A stretch of 21,615 nucleotides of DNA from Candidatus Nanohaloarchaea archaeon. GTDB lineage: Archaea > Nanohalarchaeota > Nanosalinia > Nanosalinales > Nanosalinaceae. The translations under genes and the position numbers were made by a program. The notes under the pieces were generated by a model. The model did not search any database, was not told where the DNA came from, and worked only from the letters and a program-made list of their open reading frames with translations. The stretch's first letter is position 1. Every line of letters begins with the position of its first letter. Of this stretch, positions 7,842 to 15,107 are shown piece by piece. The stretch covers positions 1 through 21,615 of the forward strand of contig JBKHHG010000011.1 of the NCBI GenBank assembly GCA_046539225.1, given 5' to 3'.

Positions 7842-8956
7842 CTCCTCAGTTCTTCAAGAACGATCTCCATCATCTCACCGAGTTCGACATAGCCTTCTCT
7901 TATATCCTCCACCTGGTCTTTGTAACGCTCGAGCTCGTCTATCAAGGCCTTAAAGTCTTCTTCATCCACTTTATCCGAAGGCTTCAGGCCTGAAACCTTT
8001 TCCTCCAGCCTTTTAACACGTTCATCAAGCTGTGATCCGCTGCTGTTCTTCAGTTCGGTGTACTCGTCTTTTGAAAGAAGCTTGAGCTGTGCAAGATCGT
8101 CGAAATCGTTGAACACCCATTTAAAGTCGGATACAATTCCTCGAATTTCATTAAGCTCTTCTTTAAGGTCCTGGAACTCTTCAGCATCCTTGCTATCCTC
8201 AAGTTCTTCGATCCTGCTTTCTATATTCTCTGTTTTAATCATAAGGTCTTCGAAGCCTCTTTTCTCGACTTCCTCTACCCTTTCCTCTACCTCGTCAATC
8301 TTTGAGGCCTTTGATCTTTTCTCTACTTCTTCAATGCGTTTTTCGAGCCTCTCTATCTTTTCGCTTTGTTCTTCTGCCGTCACATCGTCGAGACGGACTT
8401 CCAGGTTTTCAACCTTGTCCTCGAGGCCTGAAAAGTCTTCAATCTTCTTTAACCTGGTTTTAAGCTCTTCTATATCTCCTTCGAGGCCTCCAGTATCTTC
8501 CTGGTTTGAATCCTCTATTTTCTGCTCTAAATCATCGATTTTTTCTTCGAGTGTTTCGTCGTCTTTTTCAAATTCTTCTATCTTCTGTCCAAGGCCTTCG
8601 ATCTGGTCTTTGAGTTCTTCGATTTCCTCTGTTTTTTGCTGTTGTTTGAGGTCTTCTATCAGGCTTGTCTTCTCTGCGACGCGGTCCTTGATCTCTTCTA
8701 TCTCTTCTGAAGGGTCAAGTTTTTCCATTTCTTCTTCTATATTTTCTATCCTGTCTTCGAGTTGGCTGATGTCTTCATAGGCCTCTGCTTCCTCTTTTTC
8801 TGGTTCTTCTTTCAGTTCTTCCATCTGCTCCGGTTCTTCGTTCTCTTCCTGGTCTTCCACAGGTTCTTCTTCCTGTTTTTCTTCGGCTTCCTGCTCTCCG
8901 AGCTTCGCCTGTTCCTCGTCATCGTCTTCTCCGCCGAAAATCACGTTGTCAGCCAT
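7838..8956 (-). CDS. Highly acidic coiled-coil protein of unknown function (372 aa)
   Basis: E/D/K-rich heptads with repeated [RK][IV]xx[LIV]E units. No signal peptide or TM segment seen. Confidence 0.8.
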   Translation of the reverse strand: MADNVIFGGEDDDEEQAKLGEQEAEEKQEEEPVEDQEENEEPEQMEELKEEPEKEEAEAYEDISQLEDRIENIEEEMEKLDPSEEIEEIKDRVAEKTSLIEDLKQQQKTEEIEELKDQIEGLGQKIEEFEKDDETLEEKIDDLEQKIEDSNQEDTGGLEGDIEELKTRLKKIEDFSGLEDKVENLEVRLDDVTAEEQSEKIERLEKRIEEVEKRSKASKIDEVEERVEEVEKRGFEDLMIKTENIESRIEELEDSKDAEEFQDLKEELNEIRGIVSDFKWVFNDFDDLAQLKLLSKDEYTELKNSSGSQLDERVKRLEEKVSGLKPSDKVDEEDFKALIDELERYKDQVEDIREGYVELGEMMEIVLEELRS

Positions 8957-9062
8957 AGGATCACATCAGGTAGTTAACCTTGAAAAGTTAAAAGCATTTT
9001 TCACTTTCCGGCAACAACTTCTCACCGAATGTAATAAGTTCAGGCCTCCACAATTCTCAGGT

Positions 9063-10499
9063 ATGAAGAATCTTCTCGTTATAATCGATGGCTTAGGCCT
9101 TAGAGAGGAAAAACAGGGAAACGCGTTTGAACAGGGAGAGACCCCGAACATCGACTCTTTGATGCAGGATTACGGTTTCCAGGAGTTGAAGGCCTCAGGC
9201 CCTGCTGTAGGCCTTCCGGAAGGTTTTACAGGTAACTCGGAGGTTGGCCACCTTCATATCGGTGCGGGCAGGGTCGTGCCTCAACGCCTTACCAGGATTG
9301 AAAACGCCATCGAGAGCAACGAGCTTGAAGAGCTGGAATCCGTCAAGCAGGCCTTTCAGAGGGCGGAGGAGAAAAACTCTACAGTCCACCTCGCGGGAAT
9401 TATCTCGGATGGAGGCATCCACGGCCACATAGATCACCTGAAGGCCTTGATGGAGATAGCTTCTGATTACGATGTCGAGGTGGAGATCCACTGCTTCACT
9501 GATGGTAGAGACGTTGATCCCAAGTCCGCGGAAAAGTTTATTGAAGAGATCGAGGAATGGGGGAAGGAGTATGGGGGAAGCATCGCCACGGTGATGGGCA
9601 GGTTCTACTCCATGGATCGCGACCATAACTGGGAACGAACGCATAAGGCCTATGATGCAATGGCTCACGGAGAAGGATTCGAGTTTGAAGATCCGAGAGA
9701 GGCAGTTGAAAAGGCCTACAGCAACGGCGAGTACGACTACTTCATACAGCCGTCCTCAAGAAAAAACTTTGAAGGCATGGAAGATGAAGATGAACTGGTT
9801 TTCTACAACTACCGGGCGGACAGAGAGAGGCAGATCGCCGAGGCCTTTCTCAAGCCCGGGTTCTCGGAGTTTGATAATCCGGTGAGGCCTGAGTTTACCT
9901 CGATGTTCAGGTACAGGCAGGACTTTGAAAACCCTGTAATATTTGGAAAACAGGAGGTCGAGAACACATTGGGCGAAAAAATCGCGGAGAAAGGCCTTAC
10001 ACAGTTAAGGGTTGCGGAGTCCCAGAAGAAGCCGCATGTCACCTACTTCTTCAACGGCCAGCGCGAGCTGAAGTTTGAGGGAGAGGAGAGAAAGTTCATT
10101 GAGTCCGACAAGATAAAGGCCTACGATGAGAAACCGGAGATGCACGCCGAAGAAATCACTGATATAGTGCTTGAAGCTGTAGAGAAAGGTGAAAAAGACT
10201 TTATCCTTCTCAACTATGCTAACTGCGACCTTGTAGGGCATACCGGTGACCTTGAAGCAGCGATCACCGCGATCGAGACAGTGGATAAACAGATCGGAAA
10301 GTTAAGAGAAGCGGTTGAGGCCTCCGAATACGACCTGATCGTGACTTCCGATCATGGCAACTGCGAAGACATGGGAACTGAAGAAGAACCCAATACCTCA
10401 CACACACTGAACAAAGTACCTCTGATTGCGGAAGAACCGGTTGAGATGGAAGGCCTCACAGATATAGAGCAGCAGGTCTCAAAAATACTTTTCGATTAG
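9063..10499 (+). CDS. gpmI: 2,3-bisphosphoglycerate-independent phosphoglycerate mutase (bacterial-type iPGM)
   Basis: IIDGLG, GNSEVGH, SDGGIHGH, DGRD, GRFYSMDRD, NYRADR, HVTYFFNG, NYANCDLVGHTG and TSDHGN. Likely start MKNLLV at 9063. Confidence 0.95.
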   Translation: MKNLLVIIDGLGLREEKQGNAFEQGETPNIDSLMQDYGFQELKASGPAVGLPEGFTGNSEVGHLHIGAGRVVPQRLTRIENAIESNELEELESVKQAFQRAEEKNSTVHLAGIISDGGIHGHIDHLKALMEIASDYDVEVEIHCFTDGRDVDPKSAEKFIEEIEEWGKEYGGSIATVMGRFYSMDRDHNWERTHKAYDAMAHGEGFEFEDPREAVEKAYSNGEYDYFIQPSSRKNFEGMEDEDELVFYNYRADRERQIAEAFLKPGFSEFDNPVRPEFTSMFRYRQDFENPVIFGKQEVENTLGEKIAEKGLTQLRVAESQKKPHVTYFFNGQRELKFEGEERKFIESDKIKAYDEKPEMHAEEITDIVLEAVEKGEKDFILLNYANCDLVGHTGDLEAAITAIETVDKQIGKLREAVEASEYDLIVTSDHGNCEDMGTEEEPNTSHTLNKVPLIAEEPVEMEGLTDIEQQVSKILFD

Positions 10500-10501
10500 T
10501 C

Positions 10502-10807
10502 TTATGGAGCACTACAGTCAGAGACACATTTCATCTCTCCGGTAGAGGTAGGGCATGGTTCTTTATCGGGGCCACAGCTTATTGAGCCGTCTTCAGAGGT
10601 GAAGGGCTCGCCCGTGACTTCTTGACAGTTGTTGGCGTAGTACTCTTCCTGGTTGCTTCCCTGGTAGAGCTGGCACTGAGAACTATTGGTCTGGCCTCCG
10701 ATCACCTCGTCGAAGCTGGAGGCCTCGGAGCTGACCATGTAAGCCGCGATAGAGGCGATGGCGATGATGACCGCGGCCGCCACCACCATCTCAAGCATCT
10801 TGTCCAT
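10502..10807 (-). CDS. Pilin-like Cys-rich protein with an N-terminal hydrophobic helix and no obvious class III leader
   Basis: MDKMLEMVVAAAVIIAIASIAAYMV followed by a polar domain with 6 Cys. Directly downstream of a pilin gene. Confidence 0.65.
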   Translation of the reverse strand: MDKMLEMVVAAAVIIAIASIAAYMVSSEASSFDEVIGGQTNSSQCQLYQGSNQEEYYANNCQEVTGEPFTSEDGSISCGPDKEPCPTSTGEMKCVSDCSAP

Positions 10808-10809
10808 CT

Positions 10810-11154
10810 TTAGCTCCCGCTTGTATCGGTGCCTGAATCTACAGTGCTTCCGTCTCCTATTGCCTCACATCTCATACTGTCTACGTCTCCATACTCTTTG
10901 GCGTCCTGTATTACTTCTTCTTCACCCTCTGCATCGGTTGTTTTGCATGCACTGGGGGTAGATACTGATGTTGCTCCGTCTGCGCAGGCTGCTTCAAGCG
11001 CTGCCTCGCAGCCTTGGATATTCGCATCGCCTCCGAAGTCTATTATTCCGGCGAGGCCTTCGTCCAGCATGAATACGAGTGATAGTGCTGCGATCATTAG
11101 AACGGATGCTGCGATTATAAGGTATAGTATCTGTGACAGGCCTTTCTGTTTCAT
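10810..11154 (-). CDS. Type IV pilin with class III signal peptide, candidate major pilin
   Basis: MKQKG/LSQILYLIIAASVLMIAALSLVF, 4 Cys, and its own strong TATA box. Confidence 0.8.
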   Translation of the reverse strand: MKQKGLSQILYLIIAASVLMIAALSLVFMLDEGLAGIIDFGGDANIQGCEAALEAACADGATSVSTPSACKTTDAEGEEEVIQDAKEYGDVDSMRCEAIGDGSTVDSGTDTSGS

Positions 11155-11176
11155 ACTGTTTTGTTGGAGCTGCGGG

Positions 11177-11190
11177 TATAAAAAGTCTTT
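11177..11190 (-). promoter_or_regulatory. BRE/TATA (AAAGAC-TTTTTATA) of the pilin gene
   Basis: TATA lies 23-30 nt upstream of ATG 11154, consistent with a leaderless transcript. Confidence 0.65.
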
Positions 11191-11221
11191 CAAGAAGGAA
11201 AGGAAAGGGTATGCAGGGGTT

Positions 11222-11506
11222 TCAGGCCTTGGTGAGGTCGATCTGGATGCTTGAGACGTTGAGCTGGTCGCCTTCGTCTGTTTCGATCTCGTCTGTGCCG
11301 ATTGTGATGTCTTCGACTTCGGCTTCTTCGATGAACCGGTCTTTCACTATTTCTGCCACGTCTACGGCCCTTGAGATTGCTTTCCCTCTTGCTTTTACGT
11401 GTACTGTTTCGTGGTCTTCGCTGAACTGGGTTACGACCGCGAGTACATAGCTCATTGCTGGTTTGGATCCGACATATACTGTATTGTCGTCTTCTTGTTC
11501 TGCCAC
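11222..11506 (-). CDS. albA: DNA/RNA-binding protein Alba
   Basis: [31 protein letters not shown] and NVSSIQI motifs. GTG start with AGGTGA RBS. Confidence 0.95.
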   Translation of the reverse strand: MAEQEDDNTVYVGSKPAMSYVLAVVTQFSEDHETVHVKARGKAISRAVDVAEIVKDRFIEEAEVEDITIGTDEIETDEGDQLNVSSIQIDLTKA

Positions 11507-11530
11507 TGGTAAGTCACCTGTACCTGACTG

Positions 11531-11549
11531 AGGCCTGAATTAATAAATT
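11531..11549 (-). promoter_or_regulatory. Promoter element AATTTATTAATTCAGGCCT, copy 2 (alba promoter)
   Basis: Identical to 5841-5859. Confidence 0.7.
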
Positions 11550-11550
11550 G

Positions 11551-12663
11551 TTACTGGAACTCGTGGCTGAACGGCTTTATCTGGAACTCCAGCCTCCTGA
11601 AGCTGTCTCCGGATAAAACACTGTATCTCTGGTCTTTCAGTCTCCAGTTGATATCTGTGTTTTCAGGGGTTACGGTCACTCGTGTGTATTTGTAGGTCTT
11701 GTTCTCTTTGTCTTCGTCGCTGCAGTTGGCGCAGCAGTCTCCTTCCCAGAGAGTTGAACTCGAACTTGCGTTCAAAATCTCGGATTCGTGGCCGTATTTG
11801 AAGGTGGCGTCTGCATCTGTCTCGAGTTCTTCTATGCTGAGGCCTTCTCTTGAAGGATACTTGGACTTTACTTCCTCTATTTTCTCCTCTACAGAGGCCT
11901 CAACTTCTTCCGCGGCTTCTTCTTCGACGCTGGACTTTGAAGGGTACGATCCACAGCTTCTCTGCTCATCGGTTTCTTCTGTGACGGTGTTAAGCTCCTG
12001 TTTCAGTTCTTTGAAGAATTTCAGGCTTTCATCCGCGAGCTGGACGTACCTGTTGTCTTTTGCCTCGGTCTCCGCCGAGTAGAAAAGCGCTTCGTCCTGG
12101 TACTGGCTTTCCTGGCCTCCAAAGCTGCAAGTCGTTGTCAAAGGCTCGGGGAGCATCGGAGCAAGAGGATCGTCTATGGAGTGAGAATGTATTCGACTGA
12201 CTGATACCTCTGTGTCTTTGGCTTCAAGGTCTTCAAACTCTGCCACATCTTTTTCCGGGTGTAGAACGGCCTGGTAGTAAGAGCTTGGTATCCTGCAGTT
12301 GCCTGTTGAACCTGAAACCGTGGATGTCAGGTTTCTGCTTGAGGCCTGGTTGAGGTTCTCGATGATGTCCTGCATGTTTGAGCTGTAGTCGCCGAGCCAG
12401 GAGCTTGTCCATTCTACTCCGCCCCCGTTCTGGCCGAGGCTGTAGGATGCGTTGTTGGCTGCGAACTGGGATGCGAGAGGCACATGGTTGTAGAAGTAGA
12501 AGTCTGAGTACGCTCTTGTATCAACGGTTCTCTTGAGGTCCTGTGTTGTCTCCCCCACGACTTCGTTCATCGCATCCGAGATCGGGATTGACTGGGTCGC
12601 CAGCACCAGTGACATCACAAGCAGCCCCATCATCGGCAGCGAACCCTCGAGAGAGGCCTTCAT
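11551..12663 (-). CDS. Large pilin-like secreted protein (370 aa)
   Basis: MKA/SLEGSLPMMGLLVMSLVLA class III-like N-terminus, ATGA overlap with the upstream gene, several Cys. Confidence 0.7.
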   Translation of the reverse strand: MKASLEGSLPMMGLLVMSLVLATQSIPISDAMNEVVGETTQDLKRTVDTRAYSDFYFYNHVPLASQFAANNASYSLGQNGGGVEWTSSWLGDYSSNMQDIIENLNQASSRNLTSTVSGSTGNCRIPSSYYQAVLHPEKDVAEFEDLEAKDTEVSVSRIHSHSIDDPLAPMLPEPLTTTCSFGGQESQYQDEALFYSAETEAKDNRYVQLADESLKFFKELKQELNTVTEETDEQRSCGSYPSKSSVEEEAAEEVEASVEEKIEEVKSKYPSREGLSIEELETDADATFKYGHESEILNASSSSTLWEGDCCANCSDEDKENKTYKYTRVTVTPENTDINWRLKDQRYSVLSGDSFRRLEFQIKPFSHEFQ

Positions 12664-13229
12664 TCTACCTGGAACACCCCTCCTGAGCCTTTGACCCACA
12701 TCTGGATTTTGCCGGTCCTGTTGCCGCTTAACTGGAGCGGAACCTCGATCGATGACCATGAGCCGCCTCTGTCGTCTATGTTCTCCACTTCAATATGTCT
12801 TTCGTTGTAGGTGATGTTTAAAGCGTGGTCGGAGGCCTCTGGCACGTTCAGAAAGTGCTGCCGCATCTTGTAGCTGTAGTAGGTCTCCAGGTCTGCTTTC
12901 ACTTGTTGGCGGCCGTAGGATTCATTTGCTATACGGATTTCGTCATCGGTGGAGAGATAGTAGGATGTAAGCTCTACAGCCTTCAGGTCGTCGTATCTCT
13001 CGTCTACTCCATGGGCCCGCCACACGTTATCGTTCAGCATAACTGTCAGCGAAGCTCTCTGTCTTATAGAGTCCATGTTCTGCTCGACGCTGCCTTCCGC
13101 GGTTTCCTGGAATTCTGTGGCGTCCGTTCCTGATAAAAGGAAGAAGATAGCCAGCGAGAGAAAGATAGTGAGGGAGAACACCACTATCTCTCCTATCACT
13201 CCCTGGGCCTTAACTGATCTTGTAGACAT
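12660..13229 (-). CDS. Pilin-like protein with class III signal peptide
   Basis: N-terminus MSTRSVKA/QGVIGEIVVFSLTIFLSLAIFFLL. Confidence 0.75.
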   Translation of the reverse strand: MSTRSVKAQGVIGEIVVFSLTIFLSLAIFFLLSGTDATEFQETAEGSVEQNMDSIRQRASLTVMLNDNVWRAHGVDERYDDLKAVELTSYYLSTDDEIRIANESYGRQQVKADLETYYSYKMRQHFLNVPEASDHALNITYNERHIEVENIDDRGGSWSSIEVPLQLSGNRTGKIQMWVKGSGGVFQVE

Positions 13230-13716
13230 GGACTCTGACCTCCAGAGGAGGATTATCTCCTCTAATCAGGAGCGCAGGACTTGAAACGCTGTCGCTCAGG
13301 TCTCCTCTTTTACAGTCAAGGCTTTCAGGGTTTGAAGCATGCATATTCGGGTTTTCAGCGGTTGTAACCGCCAGTCCAAAGTTCTGGCCGTCAAGCTCCG
13401 GTATTTCCTCGATGTAGCAGTGGCCTCCAGTTTTCTTGTAGCCTATTTCGCCGCTTTCAGGGTCTTTATTCGTGAATACTTCTTGGGGTATTATTGCTCT
13501 CCGTCTGTCGTAGTCGTAGCCTGCCTCGTCCGAACCGGCGTCATAGTTCAGCACTCTTTCAAGCAGTATGGCCTTTCTGTAGGCCTCTTGAGAGGTTACA
13601 TCTATATCGGTGCTGAGATCCTGGAGGCCTCCGACGTAGAGCTGGAGGATTATAACTGTTCCTATTCCCAGCATCACCACGTAAGGTATCTTGGTTATAA
13701 TGTTGTAGAGATCCAA
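13210..13716 (-). CDS. Pilin-like or membrane-anchored protein (TTG start)
   Basis: GGAGG RBS, N-terminal hydrophobic helix IPYVVMLGIGTVIILQLYV, 2 Cys, located inside the pilin operon. Confidence 0.65.
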   Translation of the reverse strand: MDLYNIITKIPYVVMLGIGTVIILQLYVGGLQDLSTDIDVTSQEAYRKAILLERVLNYDAGSDEAGYDYDRRRAIIPQEVFTNKDPESGEIGYKKTGGHCYIEEIPELDGQNFGLAVTTAENPNMHASNPESLDCKRGDLSDSVSSPALLIRGDNPPLEVRVHVYKIS

Positions 13717-13717
13717 G

Positions 13718-14119
13718 TCAGCAACCTCCGCTTGAAAAATTCAATGCCTTTTCGTCTGAAACCGGTTTTTTGGATATGCATAGGCCTTCCATCTCTGTAT
13801 AGTTTTCAGGCCCTATAATCTGTTCTGCGGTTACTGATCCTCTGATGTCCACAGAGTGGTTTTTATCCCGGTAGGAGAGCCGGAACTCTTCTCCGTCGAT
13901 CCTGTACTCGTAGTCCTGGAGATCCAGCTCAAGATGTCCCTGTGGAAGGCTGTCGACCGCCATGGCGGCGTTCTTCACTCTATCGGTCTGGGCGTCCGCT
14001 ACCTCTTGCTTGATAAAGTCCTGAGTGAAGCCCTGGCTTCCGTACGCAACTCCCATGATCAGCAGGAATGTCAGGCCTGCCTCAGCCATCGTGAAAGGAT
14101 AGGATGTCTGCGCCTTCAC
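13718..14119 (-). CDS. Pilin-like protein with class III signal peptide
   Basis: MKA/QTSYPFTMAEAGLTFLLIMGVAY, GTGA overlap with the upstream gene, C-terminal Cys pair. Confidence 0.72.
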   Translation of the reverse strand: MKAQTSYPFTMAEAGLTFLLIMGVAYGSQGFTQDFIKQEVADAQTDRVKNAAMAVDSLPQGHLELDLQDYEYRIDGEEFRLSYRDKNHSVDIRGSVTAEQIIGPENYTEMEGLCISKKPVSDEKALNFSSGGC

Positions 14120-14541
14120 TGGAACTCCACCTTTATCTCACCGTTTTCCTCCCCGATCGATACCTCATACTCGCCTATAGGCACGTCCCTGTCAGCCTCA
14201 AAATCTGCCTCAAAGTTTAGCGGATGGTCGCATTCAATGTTGAACTCTCTCTCCTCTCCTTTAGGGTTGTAGACAAGGCTTTTAGAATCTTCATCTATGT
14301 CAAGGCCTGAGTTTCTCAGGTCCAGGTCTGTCGAAGTACTGTACTGTAGTTCGTCCAGGTCCTCGAGTTTCTCACACTCTGTCTCGATCTCGTTTATCAG
14401 CGAGTTAACCTGTTTATCGTCGCTGTGAGTCGAAGCAGATCCCCCGAACTCGTTTACCTGCTGGGCTGCTATCCCGAGCACCAGTGTCGCCACCAAGGCT
14501 CCTATCAAAATGGTTATCGGGGAGCTCTCATCCACCTTCAT
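14116..14541 (-). CDS. Pilin-like or membrane-anchored protein
   Basis: SPITILIGALVATLVLGIAA hydrophobic N-terminus and 2 Cys. Exact start uncertain (14544, 14541 or 14535). Confidence 0.65.
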   Translation of the reverse strand: MKVDESSPITILIGALVATLVLGIAAQQVNEFGGSASTHSDDKQVNSLINEIETECEKLEDLDELQYSTSTDLDLRNSGLDIDEDSKSLVYNPKGEEREFNIECDHPLNFEADFEADRDVPIGEYEVSIGEENGEIKVEFQ

Positions 14542-14737
14542 CACCTTCCTCGCTGAAAAGGCTGCATTCTTCTTCTGAATCGCTGAGTATCCCTCCCATA
14601 CATCCAGAGAAAAATCCTGATGTATCCTTCACTTCTTCTCCACCGCTGTCAAAAACTGTTTCTGTCGCGGTGTAGACCCCGGCGATTACCGTCAATGCTA
14701 TCATTAAAACAATTACGACAGTGATAGAAAGCCTCAA
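14528..14737 (-). CDS. Small pilin-like protein (69 aa, TTG start)
   Basis: MRLSITVVIVLMIALTVIAGVY with a Cys pair. TTGA overlap with the upstream micro-ORF stop. Confidence 0.7.
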   Translation of the reverse strand: MRLSITVVIVLMIALTVIAGVYTATETVFDSGGEEVKDTSGFFSGCMGGILSDSEEECSLFSEEGDEGG

Positions 14738-14889
14738 TTCATACCACCTGTGGAGAAGTTCATATTGGCGAGTGCGAACTCTTTAAGGCCTGAAATGTTC
14801 CCTGTTAAAAGAGCCAGAATTATTCCTGCTACAATTAGGCCTACAGCAACCATTACCACAAAGCTCAGCGACAGTTCCAGGCCTTTCAC
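14734..14889 (-). CDS. Micro-pilin, 51 aa (not in ORF track)
   Basis: GTG start; MKG/LELSLSFVVMVAVGLIVAGIILALLTGNISGLKEFALANMNFSTGGMN. Confidence 0.8.
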   Translation of the reverse strand: MKGLELSLSFVVMVAVGLIVAGIILALLTGNISGLKEFALANMNFSTGGMN

Positions 14890-14922
14890 ATTCCCTACTT
14901 TCGAGGCCTCGTTGAAATAGGT

Positions 14923-15075
14923 TTACGGTGAAGAGAACTCAAAGTTGCTCAGGAACTGTTCCACTATAGAAGAGGTCCAGGACTCAAAGCTCATGTACAT
15001 CAGCACAATAATCATGATCCCCAGGGCTATCATCGCCATAGTCCTGATGGAAAGCATGGCTTTTTCCCTTCTCAT
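14923..15075 (-). CDS. Micro-pilin, 50 aa (not in ORF track)
   Basis: MRREKA/MLSIRTMAMIALGIMIIVLMYMSFESWTSSIVEQFLSNFEFSSP. Confidence 0.78.
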   Translation of the reverse strand: MRREKAMLSIRTMAMIALGIMIIVLMYMSFESWTSSIVEQFLSNFEFSSP

Positions 15076-15107
15076 ATCTGAAGTCTGCGGCTTCAGGTGT
15101 TAAAATA

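Noticed and set aside
8058..8780. 240-aa Ser-rich plus-strand ORF and the many other antisense or alternative-frame ORFs in the track
   Set aside because: These are shadows of real acidic genes on the opposite strand (GAA/GAG codons read as Ser/Phe/Leu) and carry no motifs.
8946..9062. N-terminal extensions given by the ORF track (gpmI from 8946; also starts at 2217, 5866, 11193 and 12759)
   Set aside because: They overlap promoters or neighbouring genes, and downstream ATGs match family N-termini or signal peptides better.
9063..10499. Bacterial-type gpmI as a recent horizontal transfer
   Set aside because: This iPGM type is known in halophilic archaea, and the gene is acidic and dense in AGGCCT (13 sites), so it looks fully ameliorated.
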